Assembly (NCBI GenBank): GCA_964632485.1
Contig: CAZWDO010000006.1
Location: forward strand, 62,001 to 126,000
Length of the DNA stretch: 64,000 nt
Direction: 5' to 3'
Source of the DNA: an uncultured bacterium
Lineage (GTDB): Bacteria; JAGOEH01
Shown: positions 47,749 to 57,220 of the stretch, one piece after another
How the letters are laid out: each line of letters opens with the position of its first letter
Position numbering within the stretch: position 1 is the first letter of the stretch
The notes under the pieces: model-generated
What the model saw: only the letters and a program-made list of their open reading frames with translations
Database searches by the model: none
What the model was told of the DNA's origin: nothing
Made by a program: the position numbers and the translations under genes

Positions 47749-48567
47749 TTATTTGATAAAATTGATGGTTGTTCCTTCATAACTTTCGAGTACCGCCGTA
47801 AACGAACCTATAAATACTTTGCTTTTGAGTTGCACCGGAACCTTATTATTATCGTCCGTAAGCCATATCAAAATTTTACCTTCCGATTTAAAAACTCCGG
47901 GATCCTTCATCACGGGTTCTATTTTAATCGTTTTTACTTTTCCCAGCGGAGTATCGATGATTTCACGTTTATGAACTATAACGCGAATGGAATAGTTTTT
48001 TCCATCCGTATGGTTTTCAAAAAAAATATCCTTACCCGGTATCAACTGTTGTGTTCTTAAATAATAAAGCGCGCAGAGCGCATCCATCGTGAATGGTCGT
48101 ATGGCCCGCCATTTTTTTTTGCTGAATGCGATTTGTTGATCGGGATAGAATTTTTCAATTCGATCCTGCTTGTATTTGCCCTCTCGTAAGTGTTTTTCAT
48201 AACGCCAACTATACAAGCCCTGATAATCCGCGTAAGATATAATATGATCTCTTACTTTATAGATATTATCGAAAAAACTATTGGTTTCATTTTTAACCGA
48301 AATCGTGTAGCATAAATTACTCCGAACAGTGGCCAGGTAAGGGATTTCCATATAGGAGGTGGCCGCTTTGATAAACCCATATTGAATTACAAATTTTAGT
48401 TTTTCTCCTTCACGAAACGGGATATTATGGATCACCCGATGGATTGTATCCCGAATCCCCGGGTTAATCTTTTTGAGTTCTTTGTCAGAGAAGAGTCGCT
48501 TGGCCTGGATGGGCGTAGCATTCAGAAAGAGTAAATAACAGATAAAAAAATAGGTTATGGCGCGCAT
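47749..48567 (-). CDS. DUF3108 domain exported protein
   Basis: Signal peptide, PF..GEKL.F...YG.I.A, YKVRD, EGKY, D.L.ALYY.R, IWLTDD..KVPV. Confidence 0.85.
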   Translation of the reverse strand: MRAITYFFICYLLFLNATPIQAKRLFSDKELKKINPGIRDTIHRVIHNIPFREGEKLKFVIQYGFIKAATSYMEIPYLATVRSNLCYTISVKNETNSFFDNIYKVRDHIISYADYQGLYSWRYEKHLREGKYKQDRIEKFYPDQQIAFSKKKWRAIRPFTMDALCALYYLRTQQLIPGKDIFFENHTDGKNYSIRVIVHKREIIDTPLGKVKTIKIEPVMKDPGVFKSEGKILIWLTDDNNKVPVQLKSKVFIGSFTAVLESYEGTTINFIK

Positions 48568-49832
48568 GCCGGTGGCTCCGATGTATGGGTGTTTTGGATT
48601 TGTACAAAACGATCAATTCGTTGATTGATCTGTTCTTTATGCAGCCAGGGTCCGGCGGCAACTCCCTTCCCGATTAACTGTTCAAGTTGTTTCCGGGTTC
48701 CCGCATCAATTTTTCCGGCCGGCATTTTAGCAAATCCTGTTCCCGGTAGTGGAATAAAGGTGTGAATCCGAATCTCGGTGTTCATGGGAATGATTGTTTC
48801 AATTAGTTTAAAGGTCTCTTGTAAATCGTCAGGGTTTTCACCCGGCAGTCCAAAAATGAAATCAACCTTGCTTTTTAAATTATTGCGGTAAATTGTCTGT
48901 ACCGCCATTAAAACATCTTCCGCGGTATGATGGCGGCGCATTATTTGCAAAAGACGATTGCTGCCGCTTTGAGCGCCGAGAGCCAGAGCGACATTGTCAG
49001 TATACTCCCGAATCAGGCGGACAGAATCGTCGTTGACATCTTCCGGCCGGACTTCTGCCGGGAAACTACCGTAATAGAGTTGGATGCTATTATCGATTTT
49101 GCGAATTCCTTCCAGTAGTCGGGCAATGGCATCCAGGTTGATTTCTCCTGTCCGGGTTGACCCAAACGAAAAGGCGTTGGGACTAATGAAGCGAATAAAA
49201 CGTTGTCCTTTATGAATATTGGAGAGAATGTTTTCGACTGATCGGTGTCTCATCCGGCAACCAAAGAGCTGGGTTACCTGACAAAAATTACATCCATAAG
49301 GGCAGCCGCGGGTAATTTCCATGGGGAACGATGAGTGTAAAACCTTAGATCTGTAATAGGATCGATCCAGATCGACGGCGGGAGGAGATGGATTGTGGAT
49401 GGGTGTCTGATTTTGATACCAACTCAAACCGGGGACTTCTTTAAAATCGATTTCCCCGTTTAAGGCTTGCCAAAAAAGAGGGAGACTGATTTCAGCTTCG
49501 CCGCGAATAACATAATTAAAGCCCGCATCCAGAGTTGCTTGAGGCGCGCCGCTGGGGTGCGGCCCTCCGGCTATAATTGTAATCTCGGGATTTGCTTTCC
49601 TTAACGTGTGGACCTGTGTAAAAACATCAGGAAACTGCCCTGTAAAGAAACTGAATGCCACAACGCTTCCCTTTTTCAGCCGTATCGCAGACAGACCTTC
49701 AAAATCTGTTTTGATAATTTTAATATGATGCGCGGTGAGCCATTCTTCACTAATGGCGATAATAGCAATCAAACTGTGCCGATTGATCCGGTCACCCACG
49801 AATATAACTTGATTCATCCGGCTACCGTTCAA
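48555..49832 (-). CDS. B12-binding domain / radical SAM protein (resembles the TIGR04013 / MJ1487 family)
   Basis: AFSFFT, IAGGPHPSG, GEAE, EITRGCPYGCNFC, RFISPNAFSFG, GSFPAEVRPE, GAQSGS, DFIFGLPGE, HTFIPLPGT. Start is TTG 49832 or ATG 49817. Confidence 0.9.
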   Translation of the reverse strand: MNGSRMNQVIFVGDRINRHSLIAIIAISEEWLTAHHIKIIKTDFEGLSAIRLKKGSVVAFSFFTGQFPDVFTQVHTLRKANPEITIIAGGPHPSGAPQATLDAGFNYVIRGEAEISLPLFWQALNGEIDFKEVPGLSWYQNQTPIHNPSPPAVDLDRSYYRSKVLHSSFPMEITRGCPYGCNFCQVTQLFGCRMRHRSVENILSNIHKGQRFIRFISPNAFSFGSTRTGEINLDAIARLLEGIRKIDNSIQLYYGSFPAEVRPEDVNDDSVRLIREYTDNVALALGAQSGSNRLLQIMRRHHTAEDVLMAVQTIYRNNLKSKVDFIFGLPGENPDDLQETFKLIETIIPMNTEIRIHTFIPLPGTGFAKMPAGKIDAGTRKQLEQLIGKGVAAGPWLHKEQINQRIDRFVQIQNTHTSEPPACAP

Positions 49833-50092
49833 TCATCAGTATCGTCTAAATCATAGTAGTTCGGATCGAAATCATTATATTCCTCTTCTTCGTAATAATC
49901 GGAATACTCATCATAATCTTCCGAATATTCCGTATCATAATCTTCACCATAATAATAATCAACTTCACACGGTTCCACGTTGACCACCGTGAGTTCCGTT
50001 TCACAGTCCGGACAATTGAATATATGACCCAATTTGACTGTTAAATCGAGATCCAGGAATGAACCGCAATTGGGGCATTCAATACGACGCAT
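49829..50092 (-). CDS. LysW-like zinc-ribbon protein with Tyr/Asp/Glu-rich tail (lacks the EDWGE terminus)
   Basis: CPNC...G....CPDCETEL.VV..EP matches the LysW fold pattern. Strong AAGGAG RBS. Confidence 0.8.
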   Translation of the reverse strand: MRRIECPNCGSFLDLDLTVKLGHIFNCPDCETELTVVNVEPCEVDYYYGEDYDTEYSEDYDEYSDYYEEEEYNDFDPNYYDLDDTDD

Positions 50093-50128
50093 AATTGCTC
50101 CTTTTTTTTCTGATAAACAATTTTCAAT

Positions 50129-51010
50129 TTAAATCGCATTGAGAAGTCGTTGATAGGTTTGATACCGACCGGGATGAATTATCCCCTGCGCGACAGCTTC
50201 CTTGACACCGCAGCGGGGTTCTTCCAAATGCAGGCAGTCATTGAATTGACAATAATTGGCATGGGGTCTGAATTCCGGAAAATACCATTGCCATTCGTGA
50301 GTATCCATTTTTTCCAGCATTAAATGCCGGATTCCGGGGGTGTCGATGATCAACCCGCTTTGGGGCATGGGAAAGGCGATGCTGATCGTGGTGGTATGAC
50401 GTCCTTTATTGACTTTCAGCCTTAAAGGAGCCGTTTTCATGGGCGCTTGGGGTACTATGGCATTGATCAAGGAACTTTTGCCAACCCCACTTTGACCGAT
50501 TAGAACAGTTGTTTTGCCTGTTAGCAACGCTTTGACCTGTTCAATATTCTTCCCGGTTTGGCACGAACAATGCAAAACCGGAAGATTTTCCTGGTACCAC
50601 TTAAAACTGGGGGGAGGTTCCGAAGTTAAATCTATTTTATTAACAATTATCGTAACAGGTATCGATTCCCGTAACCCGATTACTAAGAATCGATCCACCA
50701 TCCCTGACCTGAAAATGGGCGCCGACCAGGTAACCACAATAAAAAGCTGGTCAATATTAGTAGCTATGACCTGAACAAAATCTTTTGGATGACGAAGTAG
50801 TCGGGCGATTTTACGCTCTCTTTGCTCAACCGATGTGATAATCGCATCGGATTCGTTGTGAATTTGAAACTCAACCTTATCGCCAACAGCAACTATTGTT
50901 TCGTTTTGCATCGGTAGTTTGCGGCTGATCGTCGCTTCATATTCAAAATTTGTCGATCCACTATAAATCGTATAATGGTTGCCTTTTACAGCTATAATTT
51001 GACCAAACAT
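50129..51010 (-). CDS. rsgA: Ribosome small subunit-dependent GTPase A
   Basis: AVGDKV, NKID, GQSGVGKSSLIN, GRHTT, DTPG, CQFNDCLH..EP.C. Confidence 0.96.
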   Translation of the reverse strand: MFGQIIAVKGNHYTIYSGSTNFEYEATISRKLPMQNETIVAVGDKVEFQIHNESDAIITSVEQRERKIARLLRHPKDFVQVIATNIDQLFIVVTWSAPIFRSGMVDRFLVIGLRESIPVTIIVNKIDLTSEPPPSFKWYQENLPVLHCSCQTGKNIEQVKALLTGKTTVLIGQSGVGKSSLINAIVPQAPMKTAPLRLKVNKGRHTTTISIAFPMPQSGLIIDTPGIRHLMLEKMDTHEWQWYFPEFRPHANYCQFNDCLHLEEPRCGVKEAVAQGIIHPGRYQTYQRLLNAI

Positions 51011-51051
51011 CTCACCTTAAATTAAGCCTTTCCGGGAAAGTTCCCAAAAAA

Positions 51052-53037
51052 TTAAAATTTTGATAAATGTTTTTTAAAAATATAGACACCACCTTTTAAC
51101 CATAGGTTTAATTTTTTTTCCAAACTATTCTGAATCTCTTTGTTTTCAATGGGATAGAGTTCATTCTCAATTTCCGAGACACGAAAAAGCTGTGATGATC
51201 GCTCAGGGTTGCACACCAGGTAATAATCATCTTCACACCAGGCTGAATAGGGGGACATGGTCCACAGCGCTCGCCCCTGGTCGGACGGGATGTCTAAAAG
51301 GTTTTGCCCCCAGCAGGTATGCCGGATGGGAAGGTTGAGCAGACGAAAAAGAGTAGGAAGGAGATCAAGGTGACTGCTGATTGCTGAATATTTTTTCGGC
51401 TCAATGCTGTCAGCGGAAGGGGTTAATAAAAGAGCGGGGACATGGAATCGCTGGATATCAAATGCCGGAGCTGATCCATAAATTTTCCCATGATCAGCAG
51501 TAATGAAAAAAATAGTATTTTCGAACCACTTCCGGCGGCGCGCCTGGTTGATAAATTCGCCCAGGGCCTGATCCATATAGCGATACGTATTGCGATAAAG
51601 AGCATCGGTTGTATCCGGAGGATAAAATGGGGTCTCAGATTTCGGCAGGCTGAATGGCTCATGATTGGTCAGAGTGAGAATCACGGATACGAACGGGGTA
51701 TCGTTTACCTGATCTAAACGCTCCAGAACATAGTTGAAGAGGAGTTTGTCCGGGATTCCCCATTTATGGTTAGTATGGGTGAGTTCTCCTTCACAATGGT
51801 CGAAGCCGTTACAGCGCAAAAAACCTTCCATATTGTCGAAACTGGGATCGCCACCATAGAAAAAAAATGACTGGTACCCGAAAGGTTTCAAATAGGCGGC
51901 GATCGAAGGCAGGTGCTCGCCGGCTAATTGCTTGAGAGGGGATGTTCCCGGAAGGGGAGGGAATGAGCAGAGGAGAGATGGAATGGCTGTATTTGTCCGC
52001 GCTCCGGTTGAAAAATGATGTTCAAATAAAATTCCTTGTCGGGCAAGCGAATCGAAACAGGGGGAGTCACTTCGTCGGCTGTTCAAAGCGCCGCAAAAAT
52101 GGCGGGAAAAAGTCTCCATCAAAATGATAACGATATTCCGGCGCACTGAAGGTCGGGTCGGGTCAACGATGATTTGCTGAGCCAGCGGTGTCCGGAAAGC
52201 TGTTTCAATTCTTTCCCCGCTGGGAATAATCATTTCCTGCAATTCGGTCATTGCTATTTCAGGGGAAATGAATATCCCCTGTTGAAACAGATTAGTTCGT
52301 TGGTGATCGCGCCACACCTGCCAACTGGATCGTAATAATGTGAATGCGCCGTTCAGCGCCCATTGGTTCAAAAAATCATGACGGGAATAGTAGGCTTGCC
52401 CCCATGACAGCGCATATATTCCTACTGATCCTCGTAGCAAAATAAAATAGAGGGGTACCCATAGAATCCATTTTTGCCGGCGGAAGAGACTTGAACATGT
52501 TGATAATGATTTAGCTCCCCAACGTGATCCCCATCGTTGCAGAATCAATAGTCCAGAGCAGACACCCACTATGGCCGGAATTGAATAATAAAACGGAATC
52601 ATACTATGAACCATGGACAGGATGGGAATCCATTCCTGAAACCGGTCGTAATTGAAAAGCCATTCATTAAGATGGAGAGATAAGCTATGAAAATATTCGA
52701 TGTCTATCAGCAAAACTAAAAATACAATGATGAGCATGATCTGCAGGTATCGTTGGGCGATTTTTTGAAAGAAATCGGCTGCTGATAGCCAGAGCGAGGC
52801 AATAATCCACAACAAGGTCACCGGTATAAATAAATATGCAATCGTATTCAGATCATATCTCATCAAATGCGGGATTCCTTTGGCGATTTCAATCAGCTCA
52901 ATCCTGGAATCCAAAGGGCGGTTACGGAGAAAAAATGCAATGTGATAGACGATAAATACTAAAAAGAAATAAATGAATTGAAGGAAATAGAATCGGGTAA
53001 ACGAAAATTTGGGCGTGTTTTCTTTAACGTTTTGGAT
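51052..53037 (-). CDS. LTA-synthase-family / sulfatase-superfamily membrane protein
   Basis: RYD in the TM region, LLRG, NIVIILMETF, GART, FFYGG..FDNM, WGIPD, TLTNHEPF, YMD.ALG.F, ITADHG, HLDLLPT. The frame is open upstream of the tracked TTG (52914) to about 53052, so the start is uncertain. Confidence 0.88.
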   Translation of the reverse strand: MQNVKENTPKFSFTRFYFLQFIYFFLVFIVYHIAFFLRNRPLDSRIELIEIAKGIPHLMRYDLNTIAYLFIPVTLLWIIASLWLSAADFFQKIAQRYLQIMLIIVFLVLLIDIEYFHSLSLHLNEWLFNYDRFQEWIPILSMVHSMIPFYYSIPAIVGVCSGLLILQRWGSRWGAKSLSTCSSLFRRQKWILWVPLYFILLRGSVGIYALSWGQAYYSRHDFLNQWALNGAFTLLRSSWQVWRDHQRTNLFQQGIFISPEIAMTELQEMIIPSGERIETAFRTPLAQQIIVDPTRPSVRRNIVIILMETFSRHFCGALNSRRSDSPCFDSLARQGILFEHHFSTGARTNTAIPSLLCSFPPLPGTSPLKQLAGEHLPSIAAYLKPFGYQSFFFYGGDPSFDNMEGFLRCNGFDHCEGELTHTNHKWGIPDKLLFNYVLERLDQVNDTPFVSVILTLTNHEPFSLPKSETPFYPPDTTDALYRNTYRYMDQALGEFINQARRRKWFENTIFFITADHGKIYGSAPAFDIQRFHVPALLLTPSADSIEPKKYSAISSHLDLLPTLFRLLNLPIRHTCWGQNLLDIPSDQGRALWTMSPYSAWCEDDYYLVCNPERSSQLFRVSEIENELYPIENKEIQNSLEKKLNLWLKGGVYIFKKHLSKF

Positions 53038-53062
53038 GGTCTTTGTACCTAACTAATGGGGG

Positions 53063-54169
53063 TTAATCCTTGATTTTTTCCTTGCCGAACGATTTCAGGA
53101 CGCCATTTCCATCAAAATTCAGCATGTATTTATAGCCGTATTGGCGATATGTCCATAATTCAGGGTAAAGATAACGCTTATCGCGATTTTCCTTAGATTG
53201 GGGTTCTCCCCAGGACAGCAAGACCATTTCTCTGGTCATCCCTTCAATAATACCTTTTGAAAGCATTTTTTCTGCAATTTTGGGTTTGACACCATAGGAT
53301 TGAATATATTCTTTAATCCGTAACAGATGGAGATACTCCTCCACATCGCCATCGTTCCATTGGGTAATGGGCTCCAAAGAGGTCTGCGCAGCGGGTACCC
53401 ATCCGATCAGGAATCTCGGGTGTGAAATAATGACTCTGTACCACTCTTTCGTAGAATCGATGATGACCAATTCGGTTCCCTGATTGATTTTAGTCAATTT
53501 TTTGCTCTTGATTTGAGGCTCAGTCATGAGAGAGGTCACTGGAGCATTTGACCATCGTCTGGGGCAGGTATATGATCGTGTCAGCCACTTCCATTCTTCA
53601 CTGTTAATGGCTTTTGCCGTTAATTGCAGGGGCGCTTGAATCTTGCCATTCTGCAACAAACGATGGATAAATCCTGTGAACTCTCCCTGATGCCAGTTGA
53701 ATATCTGTTTTAGATCCTCGATTTTAATATAAAGGGGAATATATCCCCATACCGTATCCGCTAAATGAATTTTTATTAAAGCGCTGTCGATTTTTACGAT
53801 CTGAAGCGCTTCGTGAGGATGGCGGATATCATATACAACTTCATATAAAGGAATCTGTATTGAATCAGAATGTAATGCATAAAAAGTAAGTGAGGAGGAA
53901 TCAGGGATTTGAAGATAGAAAGAATCTAACCCGATAGAATGAACCGTTGAAATGGGAATTCTAATTGTTTTGGAAGTGGAATCCAGGATGTAAAAGGCTT
54001 GATCTGAACGAGCCGATAGTTTGCCCATTAATATGGAGTTCGGAGAGCGAGTGTAAATCTTCAAAGCCGGCTCTTCAGGCCGCGGAAATTTTTCCAGACC
54101 CACTTCCGGTGGCATACAGTTTAAAATAAACAAACTGACCAGCGTGAACAGAATGATTATTATTTTCAT
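53063..54169 (-). CDS. Lipoprotein with bacterial SH3-like domain and C-terminal SmpA/BamE-like motif
   Basis: Lipobox-like FILNC after MKIII (54169), SH3b-like (GTELVIID....WYRV....GWV), GMTREMV.LSWGEP...E.WTY. Confidence 0.65.
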   Translation of the reverse strand: MKIIIILFTLVSLFILNCMPPEVGLEKFPRPEEPALKIYTRSPNSILMGKLSARSDQAFYILDSTSKTIRIPISTVHSIGLDSFYLQIPDSSSLTFYALHSDSIQIPLYEVVYDIRHPHEALQIVKIDSALIKIHLADTVWGYIPLYIKIEDLKQIFNWHQGEFTGFIHRLLQNGKIQAPLQLTAKAINSEEWKWLTRSYTCPRRWSNAPVTSLMTEPQIKSKKLTKINQGTELVIIDSTKEWYRVIISHPRFLIGWVPAAQTSLEPITQWNDGDVEEYLHLLRIKEYIQSYGVKPKIAEKMLSKGIIEGMTREMVLLSWGEPQSKENRDKRYLYPELWTYRQYGYKYMLNFDGNGVLKSFGKEKIKD

Positions 54170-54534
54170 TGGTTTCTCCCGGCTTGAGTTAATAATTCCT
54201 CTAATTTCAGCTTTCATTAACATATAGAAAGATTATGATGCAATTGGCCTTAATCCTAATTTCCCCGATTTGATGTTCTCATCACCATCTATTGCCAAGA
54301 CTGAAACTGACACTTTCGGTGAAATAGCGCAGGACCGACTATTTAAAGTCTAAAATAACGCTCAACTATACATCAATTTTACCGCGAGGTCAAGAGTTTT
54401 TTAATAAAAATGAGTTTTTTTTGGCTTGAGTGTAACTTTTTTGTTGACATTATGACAAAAATTTAATAATATATAGGTTAATTTTCTTGATTTTAAAAAA
54501 AAATTAGTAAGAACAAGAAAGGTATCTGAAATAA

Positions 54535-56454
54535 ATGATTAAAATAGTGTTGCCGGATGGCTCGGAACGTGAATATTCGAAAGGTGTAACTGGCCTTGAG
54601 ATTGCGAAGTCGCTCGGGAAGCGTCTTGCGAAAGACGCGTTGGGGTTGAAGATTAATGATGAGCGGATAGTGGATTTAATGGAACCCGTTCAGGAAAACT
54701 GTTCAATTCGAGTGTTAACCTTTGCGGATGCCGAGGGTCGGTCGATTTTTTGGCATAGTTCTTCCCATGTCATGGCCCAGGCGGTATTAGAGTTGTTCCC
54801 TGGAACGCATTTGGCAATTGGCCCTTCGATTGAAGAAGGATTTTATTATGATTTTGATCCTCCTGAACCTTTTATTCCGGATGATTTACAGCGTATCGAA
54901 GCGCGGATGAAGGAAATTGTCGCCATTCAAGCTCCATTTTGCCGGAAGGAGTTGTCTCAGGCAGAAGCGATAGAGTATTTCCGCGATAAAAACGAGATTT
55001 ACAAAGTGGAGCTGGCAGAAGAGCTCAACTCTGATGAACCGATATCATTTTATACACATAATAATTTTACTGATTTATGCCGTGGGCCTCATCTTCCCCA
55101 TACCGGTTATGTTCATGCCTTTAAGCTGTTAAATTTGGCGGGAGCCTATTGGCGGGGGGATGAAAAAAAGCCCATGTTGCAGCGTATTTATGGAGTTTCT
55201 TATCCGGAAGAGAAGCTACTGACCGAGTATCTGCATCGTCTGGAAGAGGCCAAGCGTCGGGATCATCGGCGTTTGGGACGCGATTTGGAGCTGTTTGATA
55301 TTAACAATGAAATCGGCGCGGGGCTGGTTTTATGGCTGCCCAAAGGCGCGACAATCCGCAACGAGATTGAATCCTTTTGGAAAAATGAGCATGTAAAATC
55401 CGGTTATGATTTAGTATATTCACCCCATGTCGCCCGTTTTGATTTGTGGCAGACCAGTGGCCACGCTAATTTTTATAGCGAAAATATGTTTTCACCCATG
55501 TTGGTTGAGGAGATTCCCTATCAGCTCAAGCCAATGAATTGCCCATTTCATATTAATATCTACAATCACAAAATCCGCAGTTATCGTGAATTACCGATTC
55601 GGTACGCGGAATTGGGAACTGTCTATCGTTTTGAACGCAGTGGCGTTTTGCATGGTTTGATGCGGGTTCGCGGTTTCACACAGGATGATGCGCACATTTA
55701 TTGCCGCGTCGATCAGCTCAAGAAAGAGATCATGGGTGTTATCGAACTCACTCTTTTTATTTTGAAAACGTTTGGATTTTCCCAATACGATATTTATCTT
55801 TCTACCCGGCCTGAAAAATATGTAGGTTCGCCGGAAAACTGGGAAACGGCCACTGAGGCCCTGCGCTCCGCTTTGGAAGAGAAAAACTTGAATTATACCA
55901 TTGATCCGGGCGAAGGTGTGTTTTACGGCCCGAAGATTGATATTAAAATAAAGGATGTTCTGAATCGATCCTGGCAATGCTCAACAATCCAAGTTGATTT
56001 CAATCTGCCGGAACGCTTTAAAATTGGATATCAGGATGCGGACGGAACAGAGCATCAGCCAATTATGATCCACCGCGCGTTAATGGGATCGTTGGAACGC
56101 TTTTTTGGAGTTCTTATAGAACATTATGCCGGTGATTTTCCACTTTGGCTGGCTCCGGTTCAGGGTGTCGTTATTCCGGTATCGGAAAAATATTTGGATT
56201 ATGCGGGAAATATTCGCGCCCAATTGATTGAAAAAGGGTTGCGGATTCAATGTGATGAAAGAAATGAGAAGTTAGGGTATAAAATCCGTGAGGCGGAAGC
56301 TCAAAAAATACCGTATATGTTGATTGTTGGTGAAAAAGAACAATCAGGTAGTGTTGTATCTTTGCGACAACGCAAGGTTGGTGACCGTGGATCACTGACG
56401 ATCGACGAGCTTTCCGCTGAAATGCTGAATAAAATTCAATCGAAAACCATTTAA
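54535..56454 (+). CDS. thrS: Threonine--tRNA ligase
   Basis: TGS domain, HSSSH, DLCRGPH, GAYWRG, RDHR, KPMNCP, GLMRVRGFTQDDAH, FYGPKID. Confidence 0.99.
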   Translation: MIKIVLPDGSEREYSKGVTGLEIAKSLGKRLAKDALGLKINDERIVDLMEPVQENCSIRVLTFADAEGRSIFWHSSSHVMAQAVLELFPGTHLAIGPSIEEGFYYDFDPPEPFIPDDLQRIEARMKEIVAIQAPFCRKELSQAEAIEYFRDKNEIYKVELAEELNSDEPISFYTHNNFTDLCRGPHLPHTGYVHAFKLLNLAGAYWRGDEKKPMLQRIYGVSYPEEKLLTEYLHRLEEAKRRDHRRLGRDLELFDINNEIGAGLVLWLPKGATIRNEIESFWKNEHVKSGYDLVYSPHVARFDLWQTSGHANFYSENMFSPMLVEEIPYQLKPMNCPFHINIYNHKIRSYRELPIRYAELGTVYRFERSGVLHGLMRVRGFTQDDAHIYCRVDQLKKEIMGVIELTLFILKTFGFSQYDIYLSTRPEKYVGSPENWETATEALRSALEEKNLNYTIDPGEGVFYGPKIDIKIKDVLNRSWQCSTIQVDFNLPERFKIGYQDADGTEHQPIMIHRALMGSLERFFGVLIEHYAGDFPLWLAPVQGVVIPVSEKYLDYAGNIRAQLIEKGLRIQCDERNEKLGYKIREAEAQKIPYMLIVGEKEQSGSVVSLRQRKVGDRGSLTIDELSAEMLNKIQSKTI

Positions 56455-56469
56455 AGGGAGGGTATTTTT

Positions 56470-57054
56470 ATAAAAGAAGAACTCCGCATTAATGATGAAA
56501 TCCGTAGTCCCCAAGTACGCCTGATCGACGCTGATGGGCAACAGGTTGGAGTGATTGGAACAAAGGAAGCTTTGTTGCGAGCTGAAGAGCAGAATTTGGA
56601 TCTGGTTGAGGTTGCGCCTGAGGCCAATCCCCCTGTCTGCCGTGTTCTGGATTACGGTAAGTATAAATACCGGCAGAGTAAAAAAGCTAAATTGGCTAAG
56701 AAAAAACAACATGTGGTTCAGATTAAAGAAATTAAAATGCGACCTAAAATCGACATCCACGATTTTAATTTTAAATCGAAGCACATTGATTCTTTCCTTG
56801 AGGAAGGGAACAAAGTTAAAGTGACAGTTCGATTCAAAGGCCGGGAAATGACCCATCCTGAATTTGGTGAAGAAGTACTGAATCGAGTGATTCAAATGTT
56901 TGAAAATAAAGCGACCGTTGAAGTGACGCCGAAACTGGAAGGACGCTTGATGCAAATGATTTTGGCGCCTGTTAATACGAAAGGGAAAACGGTAAAAAAG
57001 GAGAAAGAGAATGCCGAAGATCAAGACCCATCGGGGAGCAGCGAAACGTTTTAA
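56470..57054 (+). CDS. infC: Translation initiation factor IF-3 (non-AUG start)
   Basis: The frame extends upstream of the tracked GTG to ATA AAA GAA GAA CTC CGC ATT AAT ([11 protein letters not shown]), after a GGGAGGG RBS. Contains DLVEVAP, PPVCR.LDYGK and FKGRE. Confidence 0.97.
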   Translation: MKEELRINDEIRSPQVRLIDADGQQVGVIGTKEALLRAEEQNLDLVEVAPEANPPVCRVLDYGKYKYRQSKKAKLAKKKQHVVQIKEIKMRPKIDIHDFNFKSKHIDSFLEEGNKVKVTVRFKGREMTHPEFGEEVLNRVIQMFENKATVEVTPKLEGRLMQMILAPVNTKGKTVKKEKENAEDQDPSGSSETF

Positions 57055-57208
57055 AGTAACTGGTACAGGAAAAATAAAACGCGATCGTTCTTATGCCAGT
57101 CACTTAATGTCTAGTAAAACCCGAAAACGAAAGAGGGAATTGCGTAAAAACATGATTGTCCATTCGTCTGACGAAAAGCGCATTGCGCGATTAATTCCCT
57201 ATCTATAA
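57011..57208 (+). CDS. rpmI: 50S ribosomal protein L35
   Basis: [21 protein letters not shown]. Confidence 0.98.
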   Translation: MPKIKTHRGAAKRFKVTGTGKIKRDRSYASHLMSSKTRKRKRELRKNMIVHSSDEKRIARLIPYL

Positions 57209-57220
57209 GGAGCAGAAACT

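Noticed and set aside
49829-50092. Calling this gene lysW (lysine/arginine biosynthesis carrier)
   Set aside because: It has no C-terminal EDWGE glutamate and there are no lysX/Z/Y/J/K genes in the window.
54455-54534. T-box leader for thrS or pheS
   Set aside because: The leaders are too short and have no T-box motif; pheS starts 3 bp after rplT.
56392-57024. 210-aa minus-strand ORF
   Set aside because: It is antisense to infC and has no recognisable motifs.
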